In this document: positions 38,653-47,113 of the stretch, piece after piece
Layout of the letters: each line of letters starts with the position of its first letter
Position numbering within the stretch: the stretch's first letter is position 1
Notes under the pieces: model-generated
What the model was told of the DNA's origin: nothing
The model's input: only the letters and a program-made list of their open reading frames with translations
Database searches by the model: none
Assembly (NCBI GenBank): GCA_902512325.1
Contig: CABXIT010000001.1
Location: forward strand, 8,207-72,206
Direction of reading: 5' to 3'
DNA from: an uncultured Alphaproteobacteria bacterium
Lineage (GTDB): Bacteria; Pseudomonadota; Alphaproteobacteria; HIMB59; GCA-002718135
Length of the DNA: 64,000 nucleotides
Position numbers and translations under genes: made by a program

Positions 38653-39894
38653 ATGACACATTCGATTGAAGTAAATCAAAGAGTTTATCCGGGGATACCT
38701 TTAACAACTGCAATTGTTATTTGTTTAGATGGAAGTCAAAAAGAATATTTTGAGCAGGCATCAAAATCAAATTTAACACCCAATATTGATGCTTTAAAAA
38801 AAAATGGTGAAGACTTATTAGCAAACAGTGCAATTCCTAGTTTTACCAACCCTAATAATATTTCTATTGTAACAGGAAGACCCAGTTCTGTTCATGGTAT
38901 TTGTGGAAACTTTTTTTATACCCCTTCAACAGGCGAAGAAGTGATGATGAATGATCCTAAATTTTTAAGAGCCCCTACTATTTTTCAAAAATATTATGAG
39001 CAAGGTGCAAAAATTGCAATTGTAACAGCAAAAGATAAGCTTCGTAAGTTATTATCTCACGGTCTTAAATTTACTGACTCTCGTTCAATCTGTTTCTCTT
39101 CAGAAAAATCTGATCAAGCAACAAAAAATGAAAATGGAATAGATAATATAAATAATTGGCTTGGAATGACAGTTCCAGATGTTTATTCTCAAGATTTATC
39201 TGAGTTTGTTATGGCTGCAGGTGTCAAAATTCTTTCTGAGTTTAAACCTGATATTATGTATTTATCTACAACAGATTTTATTCAACATAAATATGCACCA
39301 GGAGATGATGAAGCAAATAGTTTTTATGCAATGTTTGATAAATATATTGGGCAATTAAATATAAATAATAACTCAATCATCATTACAGCTGATCATGGCA
39401 TGCAAGCAAAATCAAAATTCGATGGATCACCTAATGCAATTTTTCTTCAAGATATTCTTGATAAAAAATTTGGATCTCAAGTCGCAAAAGTAATCCTCCC
39501 TATTACTGATCCATATGTAGTTCACCATGGAGCTTTAGGTTCTTTTGCAACGGTTTATTTAGAAGATAAGTCAAAAATAGATGAAGTAATAAATCAAATT
39601 AAAATAATAAAAGATATTGAGGTTGTTGTGAGTAATGAAATGGGCTGCAAGGAATATGATTTACCAAAAGATAGAATGGGGGATATAATTTGTATGTCAT
39701 CCAAAAATATGACTATCGGTTCTGTTGAAAGTGCTCATGATCTTAGTAAATTGAAAGAACCTCTCCGATCTCATGGGGGCCTTCATGAAAGGGAAGTTCC
39801 ATTCATTTCTAATAAGAAAATCAATTCTATTGACACCAATATTAAACTAAATAATTATGATGCCTTTTATTACGCAATAGTAGGAGCAATGTGA
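38653..39894 (+). CDS. phnA: Phosphonoacetate hydrolase (alkaline-phosphatase superfamily)
   Basis: 413 aa. Long matches to my recollection of Pseudomonas PhnA: [64 protein letters not shown] and LRSHGG. Confidence 0.9.
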   Translation: MTHSIEVNQRVYPGIPLTTAIVICLDGSQKEYFEQASKSNLTPNIDALKKNGEDLLANSAIPSFTNPNNISIVTGRPSSVHGICGNFFYTPSTGEEVMMNDPKFLRAPTIFQKYYEQGAKIAIVTAKDKLRKLLSHGLKFTDSRSICFSSEKSDQATKNENGIDNINNWLGMTVPDVYSQDLSEFVMAAGVKILSEFKPDIMYLSTTDFIQHKYAPGDDEANSFYAMFDKYIGQLNINNNSIIITADHGMQAKSKFDGSPNAIFLQDILDKKFGSQVAKVILPITDPYVVHHGALGSFATVYLEDKSKIDEVINQIKIIKDIEVVVSNEMGCKEYDLPKDRMGDIICMSSKNMTIGSVESAHDLSKLKEPLRSHGGLHEREVPFISNKKINSIDTNIKLNNYDAFYYAIVGAM

Positions 39895-41333
39895 TGACAA
39901 ATGCAATTAAACACGAACCAATGCGTATTGCAGGTAAAAAAGTAGACGCAGAAAATAAAATCGATGTACTGTATCCTTACACAAATGAAATTATAGGTAC
40001 TGTTCCTGCCGGAACTGCTGAACATGCAAAACAAGCGCTTAACATAGCATCTAACTATCAATCAAAATTAACCAGATATGAGCGTCAGCAAATTTTACAA
40101 AAAACAGCAGAGGAACTTGTTAGAAGAAAAGACGAGATATCAGATGTTATTACATACGAATTAGGAATATCGAAGCAAGATTCACTTTATGAGGTAGGAA
40201 GAGCTTTTGATGTTTTTTCATTAACAGCCCAGCTATGTATTTTAGATGATGGTGAAATATTTTCATGTGATTTAACTCCGCACGGAAAGGCAAGAAAAAT
40301 ATTTACTATTAGAGAACCTCTCAGAGCAATATCTGCAATTACACCGTTTAATCATCCGCTCAATATGGTAGCTCATAAAATTGCTCCATCAATTGCAACT
40401 AATAATTGTACAGTTTGTAAACAAACAGAACTTACCCCTATGACAGCAATGCTTCTTGCAGATGTTTTATATGACTCAGGTTTGCCACCTGAAATGTTTT
40501 CTGTTGTTACAGGATGGCCACAAGATATTGGTTTAGAAATGATAAAAAATCCGAATATAGATTTAATTACATTTACGGGTAGTGTTGGTGTTGGAAAATA
40601 TATAGCGGAACAAGCTGGTTATAAAAGAACTGTATTGGAATTAGGCGGAAACGATCCACTTATAGTACTAAACGATTTAAGTGATGATGATTTAAAAAAA
40701 GCAGTTGAGTTAGCTGTTACTGGTGCTACAAAAAATTCGGGCCAACGATGTACTGCGGTGAAAAGAATTTTATGTCAAAATAAAATAGCTGATAAATTTG
40801 TTGCAATGGCTTTAGAGAGAGCAGAACAAATTACCTATGGTGACCCAATGGATCTCAAAATAGATCTTGGGACTGTAGTAAATAGTGAGGCAGCAGAGTT
40901 ATTTGATAAAAGAGTTTCAATGGCAGAGGAAGATGGTGCCAAAGTATTATATCATCCTGGAAGAAAAGGGGCATTACTTCCCCCTATTTTAGTAGATAAT
41001 GTAAATCCAAAGAGCGAATTAGTGCTTGAGGAAACTTTTGGTCCAGTGATACCTATTATAAGGGTACCTGATAATGATGACGAAGTTATTACTATATCAA
41101 ATTCAACAGCTTTTGGCTTATCTTCTGGAGTATGTACAAACAACTTTATTCGTGCAAAAAAATATATTCAAAACTTAAATGTAGGAACGGTAAATATATG
41201 GGAAGTCCCAGGTTACCGCATTGAAATGTCACCTTTTGGTGGAATTAAAGATTCTGGTTTAGGTTATAAAGAAGGTGTTATTGAAGCGATGAAAAGCTTT
41301 ACAAATGTAAAAACTTTTTCTTTACCTTGGTAA
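39891..41333 (+). CDS. phnY: Phosphonoacetaldehyde dehydrogenase (NAD-dependent aldehyde dehydrogenase family)
   Basis: 480 aa. ELGGNDP and catalytic Cys in [10 protein letters not shown] 4-nt overlap couples it to phnA. Confidence 0.8.
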   Translation: MMTNAIKHEPMRIAGKKVDAENKIDVLYPYTNEIIGTVPAGTAEHAKQALNIASNYQSKLTRYERQQILQKTAEELVRRKDEISDVITYELGISKQDSLYEVGRAFDVFSLTAQLCILDDGEIFSCDLTPHGKARKIFTIREPLRAISAITPFNHPLNMVAHKIAPSIATNNCTVCKQTELTPMTAMLLADVLYDSGLPPEMFSVVTGWPQDIGLEMIKNPNIDLITFTGSVGVGKYIAEQAGYKRTVLELGGNDPLIVLNDLSDDDLKKAVELAVTGATKNSGQRCTAVKRILCQNKIADKFVAMALERAEQITYGDPMDLKIDLGTVVNSEAAELFDKRVSMAEEDGAKVLYHPGRKGALLPPILVDNVNPKSELVLEETFGPVIPIIRVPDNDDEVITISNSTAFGLSSGVCTNNFIRAKKYIQNLNVGTVNIWEVPGYRIEMSPFGGIKDSGLGYKEGVIEAMKSFTNVKTFSLPW

Positions 41334-41351
41334 TAAATTGAAAGAACTAAA

Positions 41352-42458
41352 ATGAAAAAAAATTTTAGATTTTATGATAATAGGCAAAAATACTTGTTAT
41401 TTGTTACAACAACTAATGAAAAAAATCAGATTGCTGATTTCATCCGTCCTTACGTAAATAAAATTAAACCGACAAAACCTGGTATTAAAATATTTGATGC
41501 AGGCATGGGTGACGGATCATTATTAATGAATGTAATGAGACAATGTCATGAAGCAAAACCAAATATACCTCTTCTAGTTTCTACAAAAGAAATAAGTATA
41601 GAAGATGTAAGATTTGGTTTAGAAAAATTACCAGACAGATTTGTTGAGCACAAAAATACTGTTTTTATTATATCAAACCTGCATTATGCTGAAGCAGCAA
41701 ATCTAAGATCTAATAATCATAGAAAACAGAAGAAGATTAATTGGAATATTGTTAAGCTTAAAGGAAATACCTCATTGGATTTTGCAGAACAATTAAGAAC
41801 TCAAAATTCTTTTTTAGAAAAAAAATGGAATATTGAGATTAATAAAAAAAATGGCAATCCAACTTATGAAGAACCATCTGTAATGATTATATACAGAGAA
41901 GATCAAGAGTTTAATGTGAATGAATTAATACCTACCAAAAATAATTCTACAAATAAATTTGATCTGATCATTGCCTCACAGCCTTATAGATCAAGAATTT
42001 CTGCAGAAAAAAAAGTAAAATATGTCATACACCCTATGATTGATGCCCTAAAAACTAAAGGCAAATTATTAACTATCCATGCGGCTGGGAAAGATCCAGC
42101 TAATCAAATTATAAAAAAAATCTGGCCAAAAGAAAACCCATTTCCTTCATTAAGTAATTCTATAATTCAATATTTGAAAAAAAATTTAGATAAAAATTTA
42201 TTAGCTAAAATAAATTTTAAAGATAAAGAAATTATTAAATGTAAACTTAGAGCACTACCAAATGAGCTCACTGGCAGTATCGCAACTTCTTTAATATTTT
42301 CTGCTTGGAATGCATCTATCTATGTTAATCAAATAGATGATGATAAAGTGATAAAAGTTGAAAAATCTAAAAATTATGAGAAAATTGTTAAGGAAATAAT
42401 TGCTAAAAATAAAGGTCTTTATTTTAATAATGAAATTTTCGTCATAGAAAAAAAATAA
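41352..42458 (+). CDS. Hypothetical protein, possibly a Rossmann/SAM-methyltransferase-like fold with a large insertion
   Basis: 368 aa. IKIFDAGMGDGSL resembles methyltransferase motif I, with FDLIIASQPY and GKLLTIH further on. It starts 18 nt after phnY on the same strand. The function is not recognised. Confidence 0.45.
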   Translation: MKKNFRFYDNRQKYLLFVTTTNEKNQIADFIRPYVNKIKPTKPGIKIFDAGMGDGSLLMNVMRQCHEAKPNIPLLVSTKEISIEDVRFGLEKLPDRFVEHKNTVFIISNLHYAEAANLRSNNHRKQKKINWNIVKLKGNTSLDFAEQLRTQNSFLEKKWNIEINKKNGNPTYEEPSVMIIYREDQEFNVNELIPTKNNSTNKFDLIIASQPYRSRISAEKKVKYVIHPMIDALKTKGKLLTIHAAGKDPANQIIKKIWPKENPFPSLSNSIIQYLKKNLDKNLLAKINFKDKEIIKCKLRALPNELTGSIATSLIFSAWNASIYVNQIDDDKVIKVEKSKNYEKIVKEIIAKNKGLYFNNEIFVIEKK

Positions 42459-42462
42459 ATAT

Positions 42463-43263
42463 TTATTCTTCAGTAAACCAATTAATATCAGTTTTTAAAA
42501 AATCTTCTGTGTGAATTATAAGGGATTCATCATTTATTATAGCAACATTATAATTAGGATCTGTATTTGCAGAGCCTTCACGATACTTATTAGAAAAATT
42601 TGGAATTAAGGTAGACCATGTACTTCTTGGTGAAGAAAAAGTTATGCCATCAAAAGAGCCTGAACTTGTAATATGTTGGTGACCGAAAAAAATATGTTTT
42701 ATATTTTTCTTAGAATCCAATAAAATATTTTTAAACTGATCTTTTTGTTGAAGGCCTATCCCATCACTGCTGTCTTTTACTAAAGCTATTGGGTTATGAT
42801 GCATAAAAATATAAATCTCATGACTATAAGATGTTTGACTTAAAATATTTTTAAGCCATCTTTGTCTATCTTCACAATAATGCCCTGCATGTGTATTGGC
42901 TAAATTCGTATCAATAAAAATAAAACGCTTATTTTTTAAATCTTTAAAATATTGTATAAATCCTTTTTCATCTAATTTGATTGAGGTAAAATTTTCTTTA
43001 AATATTTCACGATTATCATGATTGCCTATTATAATTTGTGGTTCTAAATTATTTGGTAAATTAAAATCATTAACAATGCTTAAAAATAATTGATACGATT
43101 CTTTATCTCCTAAGTCAGTAATATCTCCTGTAATAGTAAATAAATCTGCATCTTGGTGATGCTCTATAATATGTGCTAAAGCTTTCTTAAATCTATCTAC
43201 TGGATCAATTCCATTAATTTTGTCTGTGTAAATATGAGGGTCAGATAAATGAATTATTTTCAT
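42463..43263 (-). CDS. Calcineurin-like metallophosphoesterase (CpdA/GpdQ-type phosphodiesterase)
   Basis: 266 aa. Motifs HLSDPH, TGDITDLG, GNHDN, HHNP and GHQH. Confidence 0.85.
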   Translation of the reverse strand: MKIIHLSDPHIYTDKINGIDPVDRFKKALAHIIEHHQDADLFTITGDITDLGDKESYQLFLSIVNDFNLPNNLEPQIIIGNHDNREIFKENFTSIKLDEKGFIQYFKDLKNKRFIFIDTNLANTHAGHYCEDRQRWLKNILSQTSYSHEIYIFMHHNPIALVKDSSDGIGLQQKDQFKNILLDSKKNIKHIFFGHQHITSSGSFDGITFSSPRSTWSTLIPNFSNKYREGSANTDPNYNVAIINDESLIIHTEDFLKTDINWFTEE

Positions 43264-43290
43264 AAGTTAAAAATACAGAACTAAATTATA

Positions 43291-43926
43291 TTAAAAAGAA
43301 GTTTTAAAATAAATATATTTTTTAAATTCTTTTTGTAAATCAATACTCACTCTTGCATGCACCTTTCCCTGGCGACCATGAAAAGAACATTTTTCTTCAA
43401 TAGGGAAAACCCCTTCATGCCATATGTTGGGATGAATATATAATCCTTGCGAACCATCAAAATAAAAAGCTTTAAAATCACCAACTTGCACATCATCTCC
43501 TGGTAAGGCTAAAGGTGAAATAAATGGACTATTTGTTGATGGATAAAAAAGCTGTCCTCCATCAGGGTGATAATTAACATGCCAAATATAAATATTTTCT
43601 GGATGTTTATATTTTTTTATTACTTCACTATCAGGCGGTAAAGCATGACCAAGTATGTATTTTCCATCTACTTCATAGTCACTATTATGTTGAACAGCAT
43701 TATTTTGTCCGTAAAGTGTACTTCCTTCCCACCAAGCATCAAAGGATCCCTCTGTGCTCCCACCTTCATTTCCTGTTCCTTCATCAATTTCACGCCAACC
43801 TTGTTTGGGCCAAGTGACGATTTCAATATCACTATTTTCATATGAGTCGATTAAATACCCATATCCTTTAAGTGTTTCATTAGTTGCTTTAATTAAAGGA
43901 ATTTCAACCGCATCTGAACTACTCAT
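43291..43926 (-). CDS. Ureidoglycolate-lyase-fold (AllA-like) protein of unknown function
   Basis: 211 aa. TLKGYGYLID, YHPDGGQLFYP and GLYIHPNIWHEGVF parallel my recollection of the AllA motifs (F..YG.VI, HPLGTQAFIP, G.NYHRNVWHHPLF). An acidic/Trp-rich insertion of about 80 aa separates them. Its start overlaps the phnW stop (ATGA). Confidence 0.55.
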   Translation of the reverse strand: MSSSDAVEIPLIKATNETLKGYGYLIDSYENSDIEIVTWPKQGWREIDEGTGNEGGSTEGSFDAWWEGSTLYGQNNAVQHNSDYEVDGKYILGHALPPDSEVIKKYKHPENIYIWHVNYHPDGGQLFYPSTNSPFISPLALPGDDVQVGDFKAFYFDGSQGLYIHPNIWHEGVFPIEEKCSFHGRQGKVHARVSIDLQKEFKKYIYFKTSF

Positions 43927-45020
43927 AAACTTATCTTTAAATCGCTTATTACCTCTTTAATAGCTGTAAGCGTATCTTTCATATCTTTTTCATTTAAATT
44001 ACCAATACATCCAATGCGAAAAGTATCAGCAACAGTTAATTTGCCAGGATAAATTAGAAAATCTTTATCACTAAGAGCATTGTAAAATTTTTGAAAATTA
44101 AAGTTTAGGTCACTTGGTTGTTTAAAAGTTATTATGATTGGTGCTTGCAAATCATCAGGTAAGAGTTGTTCAAAGCCAATCTCTTTCATTCCATCACATA
44201 TTGTCTTACAATTATTTTTATATCTTTTGTGTCGTCCTTCAATTCCACCTTCTTTTTGATGTTCAGCAATTGCTTGATTGAATGCGGCTAAAACATGCGT
44301 GGGTGGTGTAAAGCGCCATTGTTTATTTTTTTCCATTGCGATCCATTGATCATACAAATCCAAACTTAAGGAATGACAATTCCCTTTTGCTTTTTCAATC
44401 ACATCACTTTTCATTAAAATAAATCCAACACCAGGAACTCCCTCTAAACATTTATTTGATGATGCTGCAACTGCATCAAAAGTAATGTCTTTACTACTAA
44501 GAGGAAGAGCGCCAAAAGCACTCATCGCATCTATAAATAAAGATAAGTTTTTTTTCTTAACTACATTAGCAATATCATTGATAGGATTTAGGATGCCTGA
44601 TGTAGTTTCACAATAAACTGCAAAGACGTGAGTAAGCTGCTTATTAGCATCAATAATCTCTTCTAATTTAGTCATATCGTGAGATTCATGTTCAGCTACT
44701 TCATATTCAATCATATTTCTATTTAAGTAAGTACACATTTTTTTCATTCGTTGACCATACGCACCATTAATTAAAATCAAAATGTTAGCATTTTTTGGTG
44801 TGAGTGAACTAATCATCGATTCAACGGCAAATGTCCCACTTCCTTGCATAGGTACACATTGATAATTACCCTCTCCATCAATTAATTTGATTAATGAGTC
44901 ACGAATAGATTGATTTAAATCTATGAATTTTTGATCACGCGATCCCCAATCATGAAGCATTGCCTCTTTTGTACTCATTGAGGTTGTTAAAGGACCAGGT
45001 GTTAATAATATTTTATCCAT
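43923..45020 (-). CDS. phnW: 2-aminoethylphosphonate:pyruvate aminotransferase
   Basis: 365 aa. Class V aminotransferase with LLTPGPLTTS at the N-terminus and the PLP lysine in SSNKCLEG. Confidence 0.9.
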   Translation of the reverse strand: MDKILLTPGPLTTSMSTKEAMLHDWGSRDQKFIDLNQSIRDSLIKLIDGEGNYQCVPMQGSGTFAVESMISSLTPKNANILILINGAYGQRMKKMCTYLNRNMIEYEVAEHESHDMTKLEEIIDANKQLTHVFAVYCETTSGILNPINDIANVVKKKNLSLFIDAMSAFGALPLSSKDITFDAVAASSNKCLEGVPGVGFILMKSDVIEKAKGNCHSLSLDLYDQWIAMEKNKQWRFTPPTHVLAAFNQAIAEHQKEGGIEGRHKRYKNNCKTICDGMKEIGFEQLLPDDLQAPIIITFKQPSDLNFNFQKFYNALSDKDFLIYPGKLTVADTFRIGCIGNLNEKDMKDTLTAIKEVISDLKISL

Positions 45021-45040
45021 AATATTATAAATCTATATAT

Positions 45041-46450
45041 TTATTTTTTTTCAAAATCTACCCTTCCAACTGATACAGCAATTTTGGCAAGTTGTTTATC
45101 AAACCATTTTGGATCTTTTCCCTCTTCTTGATCACTTTCTTTTCTTCTTATTGCATTTCTGATTATCATAGCGCCTAACCATCTAAATGGTTCAGGTGGA
45201 AACATTTTTAACGGCCCTTTACAAAAATTGCTTTTTGTCCATTCATTTTGTTCTTCGAGCGCCATACTACTTAATATTTCTCCACCAACGTGACACGTAA
45301 GAACGCCATTTCCTGAATAACCAAAAGCATATGAAATATTTTTATTTTTTGGATGATATCCAAAAAAAGGAAATCCAGTTTTTGTTCTCTCAGAAGGACC
45401 ATTCCAAGATGTAGTAATTTTTGCTTTTTTGAGTGAAGGATAGAAACTCACTAGTGATTTTTTTAAAAATTTTTCAATAGTACTTGGGCCATCAAATGAA
45501 TTAATAACTTTATTTCTAAAAGATAATGTATTTCCTCCTTTTCCTAAGATAATTTTTCCATCAGGAGTTGTTCTAGAATAATGAGTAAATAAATTGCAGT
45601 CTAGTATTACAAGTCCATTATTTAAACCGAGATTTTTTAATTCATTTTGCATAGGTTCTGTTATGATCATATCAGAAGAAACCAAAACTACGCTTCTTGA
45701 TAAAAAAGGTAAAAAATTTGGCGTCCATGCATTGATTGCCAACACTAATTTTTCACACGATACTGAGCCATTCTTAGTTTTTACATAAATTTCTTTTTTA
45801 TCATTATAAGAAATTACAGTACTTTTTTCAAAAATTTTGATACCATTATTTTCAGCTAATTTTTTAAGACCTCTTACAAGAACGGCTGGTTGCAAACTAC
45901 CTCCTGTTTGTGAAAAATAACCATCAATAAATTTTGAAGACTTAGTTAAATTTTGGACTTTTTCTTTTGATAATCTCTCCCAGCTATTTATGTTATGTTC
46001 ATTTAAATCACTTATAAGACTTTCAAAAGCTCCTTGATGAAATATATTTGTAGCACCGTATAAAACACCATCATCTCTTATTTCTGCATTAATCTTATTT
46101 TCAGAACAAAAATCTTTGATATGTTTCACGGCTGCTTCGGTTGACAGAACCATTTTCTTTGCATCTTCAATACCAACCACATCCCTGATTCCTTGAAATT
46201 TTGTAGACTGCGGTATCATGCAACCTCCGTTTCTTCCTGAAGCACCACTTCCACATAAATCTTTTTCAATTAAAATAATATTTAGCTGGGGCTTTTTTTC
46301 TTTAATTTTAATTGCAGTCCATAGACCTGTATACCCACCTCCAATAATACAAACGTCACAATTAAGATTTAAATTTAACTCATTAACTTTTAAATCTTTT
46401 TCTTTTTCTAAAGCCTCAATAAACCAAGGTGATTGATAGTGAAAATCCAT
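45041..46450 (-). CDS. FAD-dependent oxidoreductase (DAO/amine-oxidase type), first gene of the phnW operon
   Basis: 469 aa. N-terminal dinucleotide fold DVCIIGGGYTGLWTA. Confidence 0.85.
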   Translation of the reverse strand: MDFHYQSPWFIEALEKEKDLKVNELNLNLNCDVCIIGGGYTGLWTAIKIKEKKPQLNIILIEKDLCGSGASGRNGGCMIPQSTKFQGIRDVVGIEDAKKMVLSTEAAVKHIKDFCSENKINAEIRDDGVLYGATNIFHQGAFESLISDLNEHNINSWERLSKEKVQNLTKSSKFIDGYFSQTGGSLQPAVLVRGLKKLAENNGIKIFEKSTVISYNDKKEIYVKTKNGSVSCEKLVLAINAWTPNFLPFLSRSVVLVSSDMIITEPMQNELKNLGLNNGLVILDCNLFTHYSRTTPDGKIILGKGGNTLSFRNKVINSFDGPSTIEKFLKKSLVSFYPSLKKAKITTSWNGPSERTKTGFPFFGYHPKNKNISYAFGYSGNGVLTCHVGGEILSSMALEEQNEWTKSNFCKGPLKMFPPEPFRWLGAMIIRNAIRRKESDQEEGKDPKWFDKQLAKIAVSVGRVDFEKK

Positions 46451-46546
46451 TAAATTTTATAACATTCTCTTAGATCTTTATCGATATCTTATCAAATACT
46501 TTAACTTAGATTTGAAAAAAATATTTTTATAAGTTAAAATATATTT

Positions 46547-47104
46547 ATGCCAGATAACATCGTTGATTATTTACTTGAATTATTAGAAAAAAAAGGCTCT
46601 GATATTCAATACGGCAATGAAGATGTAACCCAATTAGAACACGCCCTTCAATGTGCGGAATTAGCAGAGCAACATAATAAATCAGATGCATTTATTGCCG
46701 CAGCTTTACTTCATGATATTGGACATCTTTTATATGAAGATAAAGACCCCATTCATCAAGGAAAAGATGGTGTTCATGAAGATTTAGGCGCTGATTATTT
46801 AACAAAATATTTTGGGGAAGAAGTAACACTTCCTATTAGAGCGCATGTTGCATCAAAGCGATATCTTGCAGCAGTTGAAGACGGATATTATGATGAATTA
46901 TCAGAAGCATCAAAAAAATCTTTAAAGGTTCAAGGTGGCATTTTTTCTAAAGAAGAAGCGGAAGAATTTATTAATAAACCGCAAATGAAAGAAGCTGTAG
47001 AGATGAGACGTTTTGATGATAAGGCAAAAATATTAAATAAAAAAACACCTTCAGTTGAACATTTTCGAAAGTATGTAGAAAATTCATTCCAAGCAACGTC
47101 TTAG
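46547..47104 (+). CDS. phnZ: HD-domain phosphonate oxygenase of the PhnZ type
   Basis: 185 aa. A PhnZ-like metal ligand series: H32 (LEHALQ), H56-D57 (LLHDIGH), H77 (VHEDLG), H100 (RAHVASKRY) and D157 (RRFDDKAK). The size and context fit the phosphonate HD family. Confidence 0.75.
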   Translation: MPDNIVDYLLELLEKKGSDIQYGNEDVTQLEHALQCAELAEQHNKSDAFIAAALLHDIGHLLYEDKDPIHQGKDGVHEDLGADYLTKYFGEEVTLPIRAHVASKRYLAAVEDGYYDELSEASKKSLKVQGGIFSKEEAEEFINKPQMKEAVEMRRFDDKAKILNKKTPSVEHFRKYVENSFQATS

Positions 47105-47113
47105 TAAAATAAT

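Noticed and set aside
43645-43960. Plus-strand ORFs 43645..43845 and 43754..43960, opposite the AllA-like gene and the phnW junction
   Set aside because: They are nested antisense frames without motifs. The minus-strand genes are supported by motifs and by the ATGA coupling.
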